A stretch of 64,000 nt of DNA. Origin: Bacteroidota bacterium (lineage in GTDB: Bacteria; Bacteroidota; Bacteroidia; Flavobacteriales; Flavobacteriaceae). Below are positions 60,644 to 64,000 of the stretch, piece by piece; the stretch's first letter is position 1, and each line of letters opens with the position of its first letter. The notes beneath the pieces are model-generated. The model saw only the letters and a program-made list of their open reading frames with translations, was not told the origin of the DNA and did not search any database. The position numbers and the translations under genes were made by a program. The stretch covers positions 2,744 through 66,743 of the forward strand of contig JBCCEC010000012.1 in NCBI GenBank assembly GCA_039030475.1. The letters run 5' to 3'.

Positions 60644-61798
60644 TTAATACTTAGAGTATCCCAGCAGTTTAAAGAGTTCAGGTGATTGCTTTAAATAGTG
60701 ATCTTTATTAGTTTCTTGGAACCAGGCTTTTGATATTTTTTCATTGTTGTAAAGACGTCCATCTTTCCAATCTGAAATTCCTTGAATAGAAAGCCTTTGC
60801 CAGTCTTCGTTTATGAAACTAACTGCCTTAATATTCTTGTTATAGATAAAGGTGAAAAAATTGACAAACCATTGATCCCACACTTTAGTGTTTTCTTTAT
60901 CAATACCTTTGATTGGGTTGGACTCTGCAATCATTATTGGTTTCTTGTGTGCTTTGGCAAAATTCAAAACGGTATCACAATAAGAACCGAAGTTAGCACT
61001 GCCATACGCATGACCAAAAACGGAGATGCCTATCCAGTCCACGTAGTTGTCACCGGGATACCATGCGGACAACTTATAATCTTTGAACGGTTTGGAAGCA
61101 TATGAATGCCAGACAAAGGCAATATTGTTAACTTCTTTTTTCCGCAACAGATCAACGATATGCCGGTATGCCTTTACATACTCCTTGGGCTCTAGTTCGT
61201 TATGTGGCCCGTCAAATTCATAGCCTATCCTCAAATATATAGGTCGGTTGGTAGATTTTGCCCAAGCCCCGTATTTTTTGATGACCTTATCATAATCACC
61301 TTTGCCGGCAAAGCCGGCAATATTCCATTTACCTACCATCCACATGGCACTGTGCACCACAGTATTGGGAAACTTATCAACTAACATTTGGTGATTTTGT
61401 GTGCCGCCGGTATCATTTTTATGAGATTCTGTAATACCTTTAAACTCTGGTATTCCCCAATAAGCTGACCAGCCACCCGGAATTTTTTGACCAGGAAAAC
61501 TCTCCAGATATTCTGAAATACTTTCAACCGTTTGACCCATGATAAGCAGGGTTTTTTTATGAGGAGGAACAAATTTTGTCTGTTCGTAATCGTAAACAAA
61601 ATTAGGATCAACTTCTACATTGATTTGCGATACCATCTTTTCAATGGATAATTCGGTTGATACCGAATCTTTAACTATTTTTTCCTGTGACCAAGCGAAT
61701 GGTGGTAAAGAAAACAATAGACCAATCGTTAAAAGAATAATCCTATATTGACTTGTTGATTTACAGATCTTCATACTCAAATTGATTTCTTTTTTCAT
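60644..61798 (-). CDS. GH26 glycoside hydrolase, resembling beta-1,3-xylanase
   Basis: LRIGYEFDGPHN (acid/base Glu), WYPGDNYVDW, KPIMIAES (nucleophile); signal peptide. Confidence 0.8.
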   Translation of the reverse strand: MKKEINLSMKICKSTSQYRIILLTIGLLFSLPPFAWSQEKIVKDSVSTELSIEKMVSQINVEVDPNFVYDYEQTKFVPPHKKTLLIMGQTVESISEYLESFPGQKIPGGWSAYWGIPEFKGITESHKNDTGGTQNHQMLVDKFPNTVVHSAMWMVGKWNIAGFAGKGDYDKVIKKYGAWAKSTNRPIYLRIGYEFDGPHNELEPKEYVKAYRHIVDLLRKKEVNNIAFVWHSYASKPFKDYKLSAWYPGDNYVDWIGISVFGHAYGSANFGSYCDTVLNFAKAHKKPIMIAESNPIKGIDKENTKVWDQWFVNFFTFIYNKNIKAVSFINEDWQRLSIQGISDWKDGRLYNNEKISKAWFQETNKDHYLKQSPELFKLLGYSKY

Positions 61799-61826
61799 TT
61801 TTATATAAGTTGACGCGGCTTTGAAA

Positions 61827-61966
61827 TTGGCGCTGATGGTCTCGGTTAAGATTTCGTTGTGGAATCATCCGCAGGATTATTCTGTTGTAGAAATCAGCCT
61901 TATTTTATAAATTGAACTTTGTTTTAACTCTTTGCCACAGTAAATTATAAGTATTGTTAGCTATTG
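61827..61966. repeat. attC-like element B
   Basis: TTAAGATTTCGTTGTGG ... CCACAGTAAATTATAAG imperfect arms; ends GTTAGC at 61956. Confidence 0.55.
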
Positions 61967-61969
61967 CTT

Positions 61970-62431
61970 TTATTCAATAAAGATATAGTCTGTATAATCA
62001 GTAGTTTCTTGAAGTGATTTAGTGTATTTTGGTAGACTGTCCAATAATATAATTTGTCCAGGCCTCCAGAGCTTTAATGCTACTTCGGGGATATTTGATT
62101 CTCCAGAATGTTCATACGGAAAGTAAAAATCCCTTGTAGCTTCATTGTCAAAAATTAACAGATGAGCGAACTTGTCTTTATTGTCGCCTCTTTGTCCCTT
62201 AATTATATAAGATTTAACTCCTGGAACGTATTTGTTGAAAGTTGGGGTCAATTGTTCATGTCCAAATTTTTCCAACTCTTCAGGTGTAGTGGTTTCCAAA
62301 AGAGTCAATGGTCTAAAAGCCATTACCCTTCCCGATTCAAAATCAAATTCAGTTTTTTCATTTTTTGACGAAAACGAAATTAAAATCATTGTTGTTAAGA
62401 CAATAACGCATGAGTAAATTATTTTTTTCAT
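61970..62431 (-). CDS. Hypothetical secreted protein
   Basis: 153 aa ORF with signal peptide, bounded by palindromic elements. Confidence 0.7.
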   Translation of the reverse strand: MKKIIYSCVIVLTTMILISFSSKNEKTEFDFESGRVMAFRPLTLLETTTPEELEKFGHEQLTPTFNKYVPGVKSYIIKGQRGDNKDKFAHLLIFDNEATRDFYFPYEHSGESNIPEVALKLWRPGQIILLDSLPKYTKSLQETTDYTDYIFIE

Positions 62432-62453
62432 GTCTAAAGGTTTTTAAATTCAA

Positions 62454-62512
62454 GTTGTAGCCGCCCGCACATTCGAGTCCATGTGGAGCGCAGCGGAACA
62501 TGGACTCGAACG
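62454..62512. repeat. GC-rich hairpin element (13-bp perfect stem)
   Basis: TTCGAGTCCATGT-ggagcgcagcgga-ACATGGACTCGAA, preceded by GTTGTAGCCGCCCGCAC. Confidence 0.75.
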
Positions 62513-62637
62513 TTTTGGTGTATGGGCAGTAATAGCGAAATTACATGCAATACTATTCGAGAAGTAATTTACGTAATAAAAAAGAATAGCGATTTGAATG
62601 AGTACTCAAATCGCTATTACTTATACACGTTGCTGAC
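62509..62637. repeat. attC-like element A (best preserved)
   Basis: AAC..GTGTAT-gggc-AGTAATAGCGA ... TCGCTATTACT-t-ATACAC-GTT; starts a few nt after the stop of 62643-63479. Confidence 0.7.
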
Positions 62638-62642
62638 AATAG

Positions 62643-63479
62643 TTATTTGACTTTAACTTGACTCCAAATCCCAGTTTTAGCAGTTTCTTGAGCATATTCT
62701 AAAAATGTTTTTGCTTTTCTGCCTAATACGCGTTCAATGTCATTAACTACTTGCTGATTTTTTGGATTGGTCAAAACATGACTAAATAAGTACTCAATTA
62801 ACCACACAACATCATTAGGTATTTGCATTTGTTTCATACCATCTATATACTGTTCTAACGTGATGTCGTAAAAGTTTAAACTTCTGTCGCTAGTCTTTGA
62901 AATAATGTTAATGATATCTTTAAAGGTGATTAATTCTGGACCTGTTACCTCAATGATTTCGCCGTTATAAGAATCATCAAGTAAGACAGTGGCCGCAACT
63001 TCGGCAATATCATTAGCATCTACAAATGGAATTAAGACATCAGACATTGGTAATGCCACTTCTCCAGATAGAATAGGCTCTAAAAAGAAACTTTCACTCC
63101 AATTTTGGTTAAACCAAGAAGCTCTGACAATGGTATAATCCATCCCAGAATTTATAACAATTTTTTCACAAGCTTCAGCTTCTGCTTCCCCTTTTCCAGA
63201 GAGTAAAACCATTTTTTTAACCCCTAATTCTTTGGCTAGATAAGTTAAACTCTCTATGGCTTCTTTAGCTCCTGGAACAGCCAAGTCAGGATAATAGGTA
63301 ACATACATTTTTTCAATGCCGTTTAAGGCATTTACCCAAGTCTCTTTATCATCCCAATCAAAGCTTGGTGATGCTTGTCTTGAGCCAATTCTAGGTTCAA
63401 ATCCTTTGTTTTGTAATTGCTCTACTACACGGCGACCAGTTTTTCCGGTTCCACCGATAACTAAAATGTTTGTTTTCAT
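62643..63479 (-). CDS. NmrA-like NAD(P)H-binding protein
   Basis: VIGGTGKTG, IVRASWFNQN, FVDANDIA, TGPELIT. Confidence 0.9.
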   Translation of the reverse strand: MKTNILVIGGTGKTGRRVVEQLQNKGFEPRIGSRQASPSFDWDDKETWVNALNGIEKMYVTYYPDLAVPGAKEAIESLTYLAKELGVKKMVLLSGKGEAEAEACEKIVINSGMDYTIVRASWFNQNWSESFFLEPILSGEVALPMSDVLIPFVDANDIAEVAATVLLDDSYNGEIIEVTGPELITFKDIINIISKTSDRSLNFYDITLEQYIDGMKQMQIPNDVVWLIEYLFSHVLTNPKNQQVVNDIERVLGRKAKTFLEYAQETAKTGIWSQVKVK

Positions 63480-63489
63480 AATAATTGTT

Positions 63490-63975
63490 TTAAAATGTTT
63501 TTTGAATAAATATTGATATTAATAAGAGGGTAAATGAAATCATACTTGAAATGGTTCTAATGCTTTGATAATGATTCCAAGCACTTTCATAATAGACTCT
63601 AAAATTCTTTAGTTCTACTAAACTAAGTTTGGTAATATTCAATGCCTCTAATTCATTGTTTAAAGGGACGTTTCCTAAAGCTGTAACCCCAAAAGTGCCA
63701 ATTAGATAAATGATTGCTGATGCCAAGACCAACCAAAACACAAGTTTGTTATTAAACTGCAAGCAGGTATTTATAATCAATGTAATCAAGCTTCCAAAGA
63801 ACACTATAAAGAATGCTGGGTTTAAGATTTCTCTATTGATGCTCTGCATGCTTTCCAAGTAAGTAAAATCACCTACTCTTTTTGTTCCCAATATGACCGA
63901 AACAGACCAAGCGAAGAAAAAACCTGTGGATAGTGCATTCAATAGGACCGTTGTAAAAAGAACATAAGTTTTCAT
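63490..63975 (-). CDS. DUF1772 / anthrone oxygenase-like membrane protein
   Basis: GFFFAWSVSV, MQSINREILNP, GNVPLNNEL, W..YQSIRT. Confidence 0.88.
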   Translation of the reverse strand: MKTYVLFTTVLLNALSTGFFFAWSVSVILGTKRVGDFTYLESMQSINREILNPAFFIVFFGSLITLIINTCLQFNNKLVFWLVLASAIIYLIGTFGVTALGNVPLNNELEALNITKLSLVELKNFRVYYESAWNHYQSIRTISSMISFTLLLISIFIQKTF

Positions 63976-64000
63976 GCCTTTATTTTTTTGGTCAAGTGAT

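Larger units (their letters stand above)
57074..64000 (-). mobile_element. Integron-cassette-like array of co-oriented accessory genes (no integrase in window)
   Basis: All genes on the minus strand, separated by attC-like imperfect palindromes. Confidence 0.55.

Noticed and set aside
1264-62417. Many 60-170-aa ORFs antisense or out of frame to clear genes (for example 2299-2685, 20082-20600, 53866-54333)
   Set aside because: Shadows of strongly supported genes, with no motifs.
57074-62640. CRISPR array interpretation of the repeated palindromes
   Set aside because: The repeats are long, divergent and separated by whole genes; no cas genes.

Overview
AT-rich chromosomal segment of a Bacteroidota bacterium, almost certainly Flavobacteriaceae and probably marine. 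This is inferred from gene content and from TTTG/TAnnTTTG promoters. About 60 genes are present, mostly housekeeping: purU, icmF, glnK-amt-porin, crcB, ilvE, grpE-dnaJ, ppk2, nusB-yajC, pepT, pyrD and guaB. I found no rRNA, tRNA, CRISPR array, transposase or integrase. Four things stand out. (1) An operon at 46.9-53.2 kb with Fur-box-like sites encodes two acidic lipoproteins (DUF4856-like and imelysin-like), a full-length vitamin-K-dependent gamma-carboxylase homologue with the catalytic His/Lys pair apparently intact, and a TonB-dependent receptor. (2) From about 57.1 kb to the window end, co-oriented accessory genes are separated by attC-like imperfect palindromes. This looks like a decaying integron-like cassette array with no integrase in view. 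It includes a paiB gene broken by a TGA codon and an orphan GH26 enzyme resembling beta-1,3-xylanase. A parDE module at 45.2-45.9 kb may have similar ends. (3) Three small single-TM peptides share the register M-x-T-F-x10-N-x6-S; two of them are absent from the ORF track and lie in tandem at 30.66-30.96 kb. (4) Several candidate operators occur upstream of grpE, glnK and parD. All family assignments come from motif recognition by eye; no database search was run.
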